IMG/VR virus record: IMGVR_UViG_3300019135_000021
DNA: 64,000 bases
Strand: one strand, 5' to 3'
Source: an uncultured virus (IMG/VR IMGVR_UViG_3300019135_000021)
Lineage: Duplodnaviria; Heunggongvirae; Uroviricota; Caudoviricetes
Shown here piece by piece: positions 40,329-50,158 of the stretch; position 1 is the first letter of the stretch; each line of letters begins with the position of its first letter. The position numbers and the translations under genes are program-made. The notes below the pieces were generated by a model that did not search any database, had not been told where the DNA came from, and was given only the letters and a program-made list of their open reading frames with translations.

Positions 40329-41849
40329 TTAGTCTGGTAGGCTGTTTCCATTTGATGTTGCAGATTTAATGGTGTTTTCATTAGTACTCTCATCTACAAC
40401 AGGGTGCCCAGCTTCACTGCCTGTATATGTATAGGATGTTTGGTAAGGCTTTATCTTATCTTGAAGATTCAATTCATCTGTTTCATATAAAGTTTGTTCC
40501 AAATAACTTTCCCATGACACGCCTGCAATATTGTCGATAACATGTTTAATTGACCATCCTTTATCATTAAGCTTAATGAGAATGTCCATCTTCTCTTTAA
40601 GTGTTAAAGGCTTATCTTTGTCATAGTTCATGTAATAATTATCTTTTTGACCTGCAGGAAGGATAAGGTTAAAGAGTTTTTGATATACTTCATGTTCAAC
40701 TTCCTCCATTAAGACGCCAATTCTTTTGTAAAAGGTATCCAAGTTTAATGAGGACGTTGCATAGTTGCCGCCATCACCATTTAGCAAAGATCCTGATAAA
40801 CCATAAGCAGATTGTATGTCACTGTTGATGTGGTCAAATTTTGTTCCGTCTAATCCATCGGCTTTTACATCCGGGAACTCCAAATTTGCAAAGTCGGGGA
40901 TGGAAACGACTGTAACTCCATCTTTATTGTTTTTTTCTAAAGCAGCCTTCACTCCAGAATGAATTTTTTGCTTTACTGGTCTTGGAAGCTTAAGATTTGT
41001 GTACTCGCCTTTACCTTTATCAGTCCCGATGGTTAAAACAGCAACTGCATTAATGATTTTATTGGCGATAGCTCTTTCAACGTCTTTAAGTTTCTTCTTA
41101 TGTAGAACATCATATAAACCTGGTGTTACCCAAGATGTACCTAACCCTTGATTCCTTTTTAAAGTTCCGGTTCGAAGCGGGAATGTCCGTTCTTGTGGGA
41201 GTTCCTTATATCTGTATTTCTCACGATCTTTTAGGAAGTTTTCATAATCTGAATTCTTAATGAAAGGGGAGAAGCTATTTAGCAGCTCTTTTCTATAGTC
41301 CTCTTTGAAGTTGCTGAAATACTCCATATTGATTAAACAAACCCAATCACCATTTCTCCTGAAAGCTGGAAAAACATATTCAACGCTGTCGAACACAAAA
41401 GGGTAGGGGGATTTTTCATCTCCTAGCCAAATTCCAACGAGCGTTCCTGCTGTTGCAGTTTGTTTTAGCAAGTCGCGTGTTAATCTTTTATGTTTTACTC
41501 TATGGAGGGATTTATTTAAAAGGGAGATGTGCTTATCAGAGGACTTGCTTTTCACAAAGGAATCAATTTTATAATTCAAAGTTGGGAGGGCTTCGATTAA
41601 CTCAAAAAGTTGGTGGATCTCAGCGGTTGAAATATAGAAATATTGAGCAAGATCTTCTATCTCTTTCTGGAACTTATCAGGGTTAGAAAAGTATTCTTTT
41701 AACTGCTTAGCATCTACTTCACTTATAATACCTTGAGAGAACAAGTTAGAAACGAAGCCAGATGCAAAAGTAGACACATAGGTGCTGTAATCGTTTAGTA
41801 GCTTTTGATATTCCTCTGATTCAATATCGATTTTTTTAATATTAGCCAT
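40329..41849 (-). CDS. yonE: Portal protein
   Basis: 506 aa directly after terminase. Confidence 0.75.
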   Translation of the reverse strand: MANIKKIDIESEEYQKLLNDYSTYVSTFASGFVSNLFSQGIISEVDAKQLKEYFSNPDKFQKEIEDLAQYFYISTAEIHQLFELIEALPTLNYKIDSFVKSKSSDKHISLLNKSLHRVKHKRLTRDLLKQTATAGTLVGIWLGDEKSPYPFVFDSVEYVFPAFRRNGDWVCLINMEYFSNFKEDYRKELLNSFSPFIKNSDYENFLKDREKYRYKELPQERTFPLRTGTLKRNQGLGTSWVTPGLYDVLHKKKLKDVERAIANKIINAVAVLTIGTDKGKGEYTNLKLPRPVKQKIHSGVKAALEKNNKDGVTVVSIPDFANLEFPDVKADGLDGTKFDHINSDIQSAYGLSGSLLNGDGGNYATSSLNLDTFYKRIGVLMEEVEHEVYQKLFNLILPAGQKDNYYMNYDKDKPLTLKEKMDILIKLNDKGWSIKHVIDNIAGVSWESYLEQTLYETDELNLQDKIKPYQTSYTYTGSEAGHPVVDESTNENTIKSATSNGNSLPD

Positions 41850-41866
41850 AATTCACCTCATTTCTT

Positions 41867-43636
41867 TTAAAAGTAGACAAGATCATCATCAATGTCATAT
41901 TCTGTTTGTTTGTTGAGTTTTCGTTCTAAAAGGGTAGCAACATAATTCCCATAGGCCACGGAACTATATCTGTCTTTTCGTTTACTCTTAGGTTCTTTTA
42001 GCTTGATTTGTCCGTTATCGCTGTATTCAGCTTCAAGGTTTATCATTTCATTGATCAACAAGGTGATTTGAACATAAGATGAGATAAATTTGGCCTTGGT
42101 TTCTTCTGGTAAGGCTTCGTATCCCTTGAATCGCTTTAAATACTCTCGACCTTCATTTTCATTTATAGGGATTTTAATTTTTCCTCGTTTAAATCCGTCT
42201 TTAAGAAGAACTGCAATCTCACTATTTAACTGAGCGTTACCTTTAATGCTGTAAATAAGTTTTTCGGCATTTTGATATGTGCAACGTTCAGCCATTTTTT
42301 CGTCATTGATACAAGAGAGTGGTTCATATTCTTTAGCTCTTTCTTTATCGTATAGAGGCTGACAAAGCGCATCATATACACCTAGACCAATGCTTTGAGT
42401 ATCTAGCACAATATAGTCACATGCATAATCTTCAAATAACTGTCTTATCCTTGTTGCTTGTGAACCTGTGTGTCCACCAACTATGCTCTCCATATAAACA
42501 ATGTGTCTATCATAACCATTTGAATTTGGAATTAATCTAAAAATAGTGTACACACTAGCGTCATTATCTTTACCTGCCATGCCAGCAATGTCGTTGCTAA
42601 TTAACCTTAGTTCACCAGGTTTTTTATTTTCAAATTTAAAATTGGAATCTTTAATAAGGTCATAGTAATCAGGAGGGAAAAGGGGAGAGGCGAGCTTTCG
42701 ATTCTTTTCAAGGTCTTCAAATTTAAAATAAGCTTTTTCTGATTCTCCAAACCACAATGCTTCCATTTCCATTGACCAACCAATGGGATCAAAGTCTTCT
42801 TCTGACATTTCGTCTTTTACTTGATCCTTATCAAGCAATCCTTCTTTAATGGCAATTTGATAAGGAAGACCACATACAAAATATTTTGATCCTTTCATCA
42901 TTGCATTAAAATAGGTGACAAACCTATTATATGACCAGTGAACCTTATACCAGCAGGATGATAAGTAAATTTCTTTGTTTCGTTCTTTTAGATGAGCATA
43001 TTCTTCTTTTTCAAGATATTTTGGAGACCTTGGAGCGGTAAGAAACTTTCTCAATACTTTACTGATGATCTCAAAATCGACCATTCTGAACTCGTCCACA
43101 ATCAAAAGGTTTGCACGTTTTGAGCGAGCTCCGTCGTTTGATGCAACAATTTTAATCCAACTACCATTATGGAATTCAACCCTTGCGTCATTAGTTGAAG
43201 TTTTTAAGTCCTCAATTTCTCGTCTTAAATTCGGAGACTCTTTTCGCAAATCATCAATCTTTTCAATAACTTCTCTTGCTTGTCCTTTAGTACCTGAAGC
43301 AATGACTATCTTTGTGCCAGGAAATAGTATGGCTTGAACACAGCAGTACACCGACGTTAACCAAGTTTTACCCTGTCCACGACTAGCTAAATACATAAAA
43401 TAATGGTTATGTACCATCATGTAAATCAAAATACATTGAAATAATTTAAGGGTTATTCCTAAGTATTCTTTTACAAATCGATGGGGGTTAGCTCGATAAA
43501 AAGAAGCCCAAGCACCAATGCCATCCATCAGTCTTTCTGATTTAGATTTTTTGTTGAAGTTCTTGCCTTTATTGAAGAGATTAATCCCTCTACTATGTTT
43601 TTTTCGATCTGTTGTAAAGTTACTGTATGAGGCCAT
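41867..43636 (-). CDS. yonF: Terminase large subunit
   Basis: ASRGQGKT Walker A, LLIVDE Walker B, DIA and KDRYSS nuclease motifs. Confidence 0.9.
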   Translation of the reverse strand: MASYSNFTTDRKKHSRGINLFNKGKNFNKKSKSERLMDGIGAWASFYRANPHRFVKEYLGITLKLFQCILIYMMVHNHYFMYLASRGQGKTWLTSVYCCVQAILFPGTKIVIASGTKGQAREVIEKIDDLRKESPNLRREIEDLKTSTNDARVEFHNGSWIKIVASNDGARSKRANLLIVDEFRMVDFEIISKVLRKFLTAPRSPKYLEKEEYAHLKERNKEIYLSSCWYKVHWSYNRFVTYFNAMMKGSKYFVCGLPYQIAIKEGLLDKDQVKDEMSEEDFDPIGWSMEMEALWFGESEKAYFKFEDLEKNRKLASPLFPPDYYDLIKDSNFKFENKKPGELRLISNDIAGMAGKDNDASVYTIFRLIPNSNGYDRHIVYMESIVGGHTGSQATRIRQLFEDYACDYIVLDTQSIGLGVYDALCQPLYDKERAKEYEPLSCINDEKMAERCTYQNAEKLIYSIKGNAQLNSEIAVLLKDGFKRGKIKIPINENEGREYLKRFKGYEALPEETKAKFISSYVQITLLINEMINLEAEYSDNGQIKLKEPKSKRKDRYSSVAYGNYVATLLERKLNKQTEYDIDDDLVYF

Positions 43637-44582
43637 TTTCGTTTACCTCGTCTTCCTCTTCATCTACAGGCTCTTCAACAGTGTGCTTTTTCATTTCGTC
43701 CCAATATTCATTTGAATAGTCATTCTTAATACCAAGCATCCTTGATAAATGACCTAAGAAAAATACTTTTATGTACTTACCAATCTTATCAGGATCTTTC
43801 CAACGATGCTCAGGTTCTGGAATTGGCCTTTCGTTTTCATATTTTTTTATCAATGTACCGAAGGTCTCTTGTTCAACACCACTAGCGCCTGATTCTTGAA
43901 CTGGTTTTAGATTACTCGATCCCAATAAATCCTGGAGTGTTTTTTGCTGCTGATCGACTTTCTCTCCATTTTCCCGACGCTTACGAATATCCAGCATTGT
44001 TAGACAAATTTGATTTATAAGCAGTTCCATTCCTTTAGAATCGCATTCATATCTATTTGTAAAGTCTATGTACTCATTCTGAAGCCATAAATAATCCTCA
44101 ATAGATAGACCGCGTCCCCAAAACTGAATGAATTCATCAATGTCTTCCTGTGTCACATTTTCATCGCTTTTAGCAAGCAACATTTTCTTTGTATGTTCTT
44201 GTTCTTCTTCAAAATCATATTCGCTATCTGACCAATTTTTGGAGATGAAATCTTTCATTCCGATATTTTTCATGTAGACACCAAAAACATTGGCATCCCC
44301 ATTTTTAGATTTTGTTTTTGCTTCATCTATTGAAGCTATCCAAATATCATAAATAAAAGGGCGATCAATCATACGTAAAATGTTTTGTACATGTGTTAAA
44401 TTTTCAGGGTCTTTCTTATATTCAGTTTGAAGACACATCTTACAGACTGTTAGTTTTCCTGTAGCAGCGTTAAACAAGGATTCAGATTTATAAAACTGAG
44501 AAAAAGCTTGAGCTTTCCCACAGCAGGAGCACATAAGTTTTTGTGTAGCCATTAATACACCTCCAATACTTAAGTTAAACAC
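43620..44582 (-). CDS. yonG: Putative terminase small subunit (likely start MATQK)
   Basis: CSCC..CKMC zinc motif; directly upstream of terL. Confidence 0.65.
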   Translation of the reverse strand: MFNLSIGGVLMATQKLMCSCCGKAQAFSQFYKSESLFNAATGKLTVCKMCLQTEYKKDPENLTHVQNILRMIDRPFIYDIWIASIDEAKTKSKNGDANVFGVYMKNIGMKDFISKNWSDSEYDFEEEQEHTKKMLLAKSDENVTQEDIDEFIQFWGRGLSIEDYLWLQNEYIDFTNRYECDSKGMELLINQICLTMLDIRKRRENGEKVDQQQKTLQDLLGSSNLKPVQESGASGVEQETFGTLIKKYENERPIPEPEHRWKDPDKIGKYIKVFFLGHLSRMLGIKNDYSNEYWDEMKKHTVEEPVDEEEDEVNENGLIQ

Positions 44583-44829
44583 GTTTTATAAAACGCCCAG
44601 CAATAGAGAGGTCGAGGAGAAAAACTCAATCATCACTGGGCGTTCTAAAAAGGTGTTTTTATTTTATCCTCTCTGTATTTAAGTATTTATATTTAATAAA
44701 GATTAGTTAAATACAGAGGGGGTGGTAACTAAGTACTAATTATGGTATAAATTGTTTATTTATATTTGATAATATGATATAGTTGCGGTGAAAAGGCTTA
44801 AAAAATATTAAAAACAAAGGGGGAACGAT

Positions 44830-45461
44830 ATGAAAAAATATTTTCCATTCTTTTTAGCCTTTCTACTAGCTTTTGCGACCATCACACCGTCCTTTGCATC
44901 AGCAAAGGAAGAGGGGGAAATTGATGCACCAACAGGAAGTTTAGAGAGTGAACTTCTTTCACCAGGCAGTGATTTTGTTAAATTCTTAGAAGGCATTGAG
45001 CAGTTGCCAGCTAGTGTTGAAAAACAAGGTCCGATTAAAAAGTGGCTAGTTGGTTAACAGAAAAAACAGGGGTTGAAGTCACTACAAACGGTGATAATTT
45101 AGTTGTTCCGTCTTTATCTGATGTAGATGTAAAAGAATCTAAAACATCTGCTGACAGTTCTGCAATTCAACCTGCTGGAGCGTGGGACTGCGTAATCGCT
45201 GTTGGTCTTATGATTGGGACTGTCGGCTTCCCACTCTCTAAGATTGTCAAATTGAAAAAAGCCATCAACTTACTCGGCGGCGTAAAGAAAACCGTTGACA
45301 GAATTTACTCTAAGTACAAAAGCTTGAAAAAGCAAAGATGGAGAACAGTAGACGCTTGGAAAGAAGCTGTAAAAAGAACAACCAATAACCTGCCAAAGGA
45401 TGTAGGAGAGGCTTTTCTTGATTTCTTCAACATATCAAACGTAATACGACAATGCGTATAG
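44830..45461 (+). pseudogene. Secreted bacteriocin-like prepro-protein split by a 1-nt frameshift at about 45037-45041
   Basis: Signal peptide, acidic pro-region, then cationic amphipathic region with two Cys; adding one A to the A5 run joins the two ORFs (GPIKKVASWL). Confidence 0.6.
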
Positions 45462-45468
45462 AGAATAG

Positions 45469-45651
45469 GTGATAACCATTAAATCATTTACATTGCCATT
45501 TAGGTTAGCAGTTATCCTTTTGCTCCTTTTCCAAGTCTACTCAATTTTGAAAAACTGGAACACTGGCTTCGGGTCAAATATTATCTCAATCATCATTCTT
45601 GTAGGTTGTATTATCCTGTTAGCTCTGGACATCATCTTTAAAAAGAAATAG
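45469..45651 (+). CDS. Small two-TM protein, candidate immunity factor
   Basis: 60 aa, two hydrophobic segments, KKK tail, follows the bacteriocin-like gene. Confidence 0.55.
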   Translation: MITIKSFTLPFRLAVILLLLFQVYSILKNWNTGFGSNIISIIILVGCIILLALDIIFKKK

Positions 45652-45959
45652 CCCTTATTGGAATCCACTTAACGGAGGGTTCCTTTTTATTTCAAATGCT
45701 GCTGGACTGTTTCAATTTAATAAGTTGTTCCAAATGTCTGCTCATCAATTCAATTTCTTCTGTTTTATCCATCTTCATCATCCTCATCGATTTTTGAATA
45801 AAATTAAAGATTTATTCAGATACACTTAATGTTTTTAAACAAACCTTCTTTTGTTTTATCTGCATCCAATGTTCCATTTACTTTTAAATTAAGGGCTACA
45901 GGTCGGTTCCCAGCCAACTTTTCAATTAAAAACCTTCTTAGTTTCATTAAAATCCCTCC

Positions 45960-46346
45960 TTAAAGATTATTCCCGGTAATTGGGTAATTGTGATACTCAT
46001 GCTTATCTAGATTTTCCTCAATCTGATTTACAGAAGACACTAAATCAATAAGCATTTTGTTTATATCTTCGTAGACGTTGCTTAAACTGTAATAGGCTTT
46101 AAAATCTTCTTCGTCAAAGGATTTCCGAATAAAACTTTCTAGACCTTATCTTTCAACAAGAACTAACTTAATAACTTTTGATAAATGTTCAGCTTCATCT
46201 TTATTTGGATGATTGAACATTGCAATGTATTCTCTTAAAGCTTTAGCAACAGTCTTATATGCTGAATGATTTCCGTCTATCCGCAATTTCGTGAGTTTTT
46301 CTAGACATTTGTTTATGTTTTCTTTTACAAATTCCATATTGTTCAT
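45960..46346 (-). pseudogene. Hypothetical gene (yonI position) with in-frame TAA at 46146-46148
   Basis: Frame stays open for 61 codons past the stop (GLESFIRKSFDEEDF...GNNL*); AAAGGAG RBS at start. Confidence 0.55.
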
Positions 46347-46391
46347 TATGTATTTCTCCTTTGCGATTGGTCGCAACCCTTAAGTAGGTTT

Positions 46392-47609
46392 TTAATTTAA
46401 TATGTAATCGTATTGAATAACCCGGCCTTTACCAGACTCATAAATTGAAAGGTTAGCTCCAGCTTTAGCACCTGTCATTAGCCCATCACTATAGTCGTCT
46501 GATCCCATCACAGAAGGGAGTTGTATTACCTGAATATTATGCGTGGCTGCTTCGCCAACTGTAAGCATGTTTCCATGATGGAAGTGTGACACATATAAAT
46601 AGTCGTAGAATTTTCGCTTCATCTGTGAAATGTCACGAATAGCGTTCTTTTTATTTTTTAATTGGTGACCATGACAAGCTGCAATTTCAAACTCCAGTAA
46701 TTTGAAGTCTACGATAGCTTCATCTTGAAGCGGAACTTCAATTCGCTCATTGTCTTTAAGCATGTCATGAATATATGTGGCAATGATACGCTCAACATCC
46801 TCTTTAGGCATTTCCAAACGACTTGAATTATGTAATCTTAACTCTGTATGGTTAGCAGAAGGGATATGTATGTACTTGATCTTTACGTATTTAGAAAGTT
46901 CTTTAAGCCACTCAACCTTATAACGTGAGTATTTGATAACTTGATCAATGAAACCGTACTGCAAAGCCGTCAGTTGAGATACCCGTAATGCCATTCCTTC
47001 AACACTGTCAGCACCATTTAGTACGACCAATTCATCTAGGCTTTCTTTTTTTATGTATTCAATAGTCTCAGAGAGAATTTGGTTCATACGTTCAAGATAA
47101 ATTTGCTCGTTGTATTCATTGTTGCAACTTTTAAATTGTTTACCAAAGTGTTCATCACCAAAGCCGAGGACAGCAGCTCTTTTTTTCTCGTTCTTTTCCA
47201 GTGCTTGAAATGAGGGAGGGGGAAGAGTGCCAATTTCTTTAATTGCTTGAGATACATTTTCATAAAGCAGTTCTGTTCTACCTTTTATTCGCGATTCCTT
47301 ATGAAATTCATGTTTTACTGCCTGAAGTTTCTTTCTCTCTTCCATAACTTCAAGCTTTTTCATCTCTAATTCTATCAAGGCAGCGTTGGAATCTACTGAT
47401 TTTTCTTTTTGGTATTCAACGCCTTCAATGAAGTTTTTGAACCATTTCCTATAAGCGGATTCTCCTTTATTTTCACCAGTTTCTTTGTTAATAAGCTCCT
47501 TAATTTCTTCCCAGTTTAAATCGTAAACATCTTTATTGGAGCAAATTCTAATTTTCCATTCTTTTAAATTCTCATCAGGGCGGCGCTTCGTTTGAATAGG
47601 ATCGATCAT
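46392..47609 (-). CDS. yonJ: Metallophosphoesterase-fold protein
   Basis: GDEHFG, GADSVEG, SANH, CHGH, SHFHH metal motifs. Confidence 0.8.
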   Translation of the reverse strand: MIDPIQTKRRPDENLKEWKIRICSNKDVYDLNWEEIKELINKETGENKGESAYRKWFKNFIEGVEYQKEKSVDSNAALIELEMKKLEVMEERKKLQAVKHEFHKESRIKGRTELLYENVSQAIKEIGTLPPPSFQALEKNEKKRAAVLGFGDEHFGKQFKSCNNEYNEQIYLERMNQILSETIEYIKKESLDELVVLNGADSVEGMALRVSQLTALQYGFIDQVIKYSRYKVEWLKELSKYVKIKYIHIPSANHTELRLHNSSRLEMPKEDVERIIATYIHDMLKDNERIEVPLQDEAIVDFKLLEFEIAACHGHQLKNKKNAIRDISQMKRKFYDYLYVSHFHHGNMLTVGEAATHNIQVIQLPSVMGSDDYSDGLMTGAKAGANLSIYESGKGRVIQYDYILN

Positions 47610-47621
47610 TCAATCACCATC

Positions 47622-47825
47622 CTATTCAGCTTCTTTAACAGGAAGTTCATTCTCTTCTTTAATTGTGATTGACACGTTTTTCCCATTAAACTCATATAAT
47701 CGTTCCCTTAAATCATATGTGTACTCATCTTCTTTTATTTGTTCAGTTATCTCCATTAAATCCATATCCAAAAAACCTTTTAAATTCACTTGGTTAACTT
47801 TTTTACTTGATCTACCTTTCGCCAT
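47622..47825 (-). CDS. yonK: YonK-family protein
   Basis: VNLKGFLDMD...FNGKNVSITIKEE. Confidence 0.85.
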   Translation of the reverse strand: MAKGRSSKKVNQVNLKGFLDMDLMEITEQIKEDEYTYDLRERLYEFNGKNVSITIKEENELPVKEAE

Positions 47826-47870
47826 ACGAGTATTCCTCCTTATCCTTTTAATTAATATATAAAACTAAAA

Positions 47871-47993
47871 TAAATTCCTTCGGAAGCCCGATGATCCGAT
47901 AGCATCGGCCAATCCGAAAAGAGGAGATAAAGGGGAAAAATAAGAAATGAATAAATCGGATAGGTGTTGAGGGAAAACACCCGAAGGAATTTA
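47871..47993 (-). ncRNA. Structured RNA: four-way junction with 38-nt pyrimidine-rich loop
   Basis: 13-bp closing stem TAAATTCCTTCGG/CCGAAGGAATTTA; arms CCGATG/CATCGG, TCCGA/TCGGA, GTGTT/AACAC; strand inferred from operon. Confidence 0.6.
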
Positions 47994-48189
47994 CATAAAA
48001 CAAAAACCCCATCTATCCTTCGTAAGTAGCTCACGTAGGGACGCAAGCCTTCGGATCGACAGGGAATATGGCTGATTATGAGTGAAATATAACCCTTACA
48101 GCCAGAACGCTTTATTATGTAAAAATAACAAAAGACGCTTTAGCAACGTCATTAGAAACTCCTTCTGCACTTGGCAGATGAGATAAAAA

Positions 48190-48393
48190 TGGAGCAACAG
48201 AGAACAGAGTGAATTTTTCAGTATAAATATGACCACACTAAATATCAAATGTCCGGAAAGTCGTAAATCACGTAAATGGTAAGCTGTTAAACGTTATCCG
48301 TTTTCCATCCTACAAAAAATATTGTAATTTTATCGGTATTGCAGTATGGATACGCTCCAAACCAAGGCGGCTCTCTACTCCTCTGTTGCTCCA
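48190..48393 (-). ncRNA. Structured RNA (204 nt) closed by a long stem with periodic internal motifs
   Basis: Perfect 13-bp TGGAGCAACAGAG/CTCTGTTGCTCCA plus 7-bp extension, followed by U5 on the minus strand. Confidence 0.6.
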
Positions 48394-48466
48394 AGCTGAT
48401 GATTTTTACACCAGCTATCAAGGTGAAATAATTTTCACCCTCATAGCTAAGGCAAAAGCCCAGCAT

Positions 48467-48982
48467 TTATAGATACTTATTAGCAGCTTCAAACTCAATT
48501 TCATAGTTATGATTTGCTTTTTCAATTGCATTTGATAAGCGATTCGCCATTCTTTCAAGTTTCAATCCTTTAGATTTCATTTTCTCAGGCTCAAACATGG
48601 CTTCACGATAACTCACAACATCAGAATATGATGCTAGTCGTTCAGTTTGTTTCGAACGTCCATAGTTTTTAAGTTTATTAGCTTCACCTCTTAGTTGTTG
48701 AGCTAACTCAAGAGCTTCCGTTATAGACAACTCTTTTTCATCCCATACAACTTTAGCATATAGGTTTGCTTCGGCCATCAACACTACAAGGTCACGATAA
48801 TCTTTCCTTGCAACTTCCAACTCTGTTGTGATTTTATCAATAGTTTTTGTTGGTTTAGTGTATGGTTCATCTTTGTCGTGTTCAAGATAGGCAACGCTAT
48901 CTCTTTCTTGCAAGAGTTCTTGAATACGTTTGGAAATAGTATTTCTTAAAGGGAGAGCTTCAAATAGTGCGATTTTTGACAT
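48467..48982 (-). CDS. DIP1984/DUF6847-like helical protein
   Basis: LFEALPLRNTISKRIQEL, AN, SITEAL, LSNAIEKAN pattern as recalled for this family; AAAGGAG RBS. Confidence 0.65.
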   Translation of the reverse strand: MSKIALFEALPLRNTISKRIQELLQERDSVAYLEHDKDEPYTKPTKTIDKITTELEVARKDYRDLVVLMAEANLYAKVVWDEKELSITEALELAQQLRGEANKLKNYGRSKQTERLASYSDVVSYREAMFEPEKMKSKGLKLERMANRLSNAIEKANHNYEIEFEAANKYL

Positions 48983-49040
48983 TCACATCTTCTCCTTTTT
49001 CGTTAATAAGGCGACTTGCATCTTGCAAGACCCTTTTGTA

Positions 49041-49112
49041 CAGGGGCGACAGGGATCGAACCTGCCCACGCGGTTTTGGAGACCGCATCGCCACCGAGGA
49101 ACATGCGCCCCT
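49041..49112 (-). tRNA. tRNA-Trp(CCA), atypical D-arm, no encoded CCA end
   Basis: Acceptor AGGGGCG/CGCCCCT, anticodon arm GCGGT-CTCCAAA-ACCGC, T-arm GCAGG-TTCGATC-CCTGT. Confidence 0.8.
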
Positions 49113-49607
49113 AGGATTGCCTGCGCACCGGAAGGCTCGGAAGCACATTCCGGAAAGCCCCGTAGGCAACGCAAGCACAAATAGAATAGTTTTGAAAAGA
49201 CAAGACCGAAAATAATCCTTTTCAGTGAAATGGGAGCGGTGATCAAACGCTCAAATGCCAATTCACTTATTTTACGATTATAGAAAAATCGCTAACCCGG
49301 AAAAATTTTATGCCTCATTCGAATAGTCGAAGGGCAGTATTCAGATGAGGAAGACGCATCCGCCTCATCTAAGTGCAAGCCGAAGCTGTACACCGCAATT
49401 AATTTAAGACAAAACTATCGCCCATAATAAGACTGTGATGGGTTCACCCTACAAAGTAGTTAGTAGCAAAGGTCTTATTGACAGTTTTCGTCCGATAATA
49501 GCCACTTGCCTGTCTCCTAGAGATACAGGCGAGCTAGCTAACCTCAATCCCTCGCAAATGACTATTATCCGACCCACTTCAAATTGAAGTGGAGGGAAGA
49601 GGAGTAA

Positions 49608-49757
49608 TTATTCTGAAGAGATTAAACCAATACTCCTCATATACTCTTCCTCTGAGGCGAAGAAAAGCTCGATCTGTTCTTTGGTAATCGTAATATTGTG
49701 CTTCTTTGCATTTTTTAATATTACTTTTTCTAAATCATCATAGTTAAACTCAACCAA
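49608..49757 (-). CDS. Small hypothetical protein (49 aa)
   Basis: TTG start after AAAGGA; MVEFNYDDLEKVILKNAKKHNITITKEQIELFFASEEEYMRSIGLISSE; not in ORF track. Confidence 0.5.
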   Translation of the reverse strand: MVEFNYDDLEKVILKNAKKHNITITKEQIELFFASEEEYMRSIGLISSE

Positions 49758-49777
49758 CAGAATAATTATCCTTTTAA

Positions 49778-50053
49778 TTATTGTTTGATAGCATCTTTAA
49801 GAGCTTTAGCAGCTTTAAATGCTGGTGCTTTTGTTGCTGGGATTTCAATTTCTTCCCCTGATTGAAGGTTACGCCCCTTGCGTGCAGCACGCTCTCGCAC
49901 TTCGAAACTGCCAAAACCGTGCACTTTAACTTTTTCACCATCTTTTAGAGCAGATGTGATTACATCAAATGTTGAGTCAACAACCAATTCGACATCTTTC
50001 TTTGTTAGTTCTGTAGCCTCTGCAACTGCACCAATTAGTTCTTTTTTATTCAT
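49778..50053 (-). CDS. yonN: HU-family DNA-binding protein
   Basis: MNKKELI...[17 protein letters not shown]...PAFKA. Confidence 0.95.
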   Translation of the reverse strand: MNKKELIGAVAEATELTKKDVELVVDSTFDVITSALKDGEKVKVHGFGSFEVRERAARKGRNLQSGEEIEIPATKAPAFKAAKALKDAIKQ

Positions 50054-50158
50054 TCTTATTTCCTCCTAAATGTAAGTTTAATTTTATGTATCCTTCCATA
50101 TAATAAAAATTTATGTATGGTTCAAAAACGCTTATATATCAAGGGTTTTAGCGTTTTT

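Noticed and set aside
48394..48440. CTGATGA...GAAA on the plus strand, suggestive of a hammerhead ribozyme
   Set aside because: No stem II directly flanked by the two core motifs and no compatible stems I and III; the bases fit ordinary hairpins better
48990..49040. HDV-like (theta) ribozyme at the tRNA 3' trailer
   Set aside because: Only a simple CTTGCA/TGCAAG hairpin is present; no nested double pseudoknot found
48930..49261. Four overlapping ORF-track ORFs
   Set aside because: They overlie the tRNA and GC-rich stems and lack convincing RBSs
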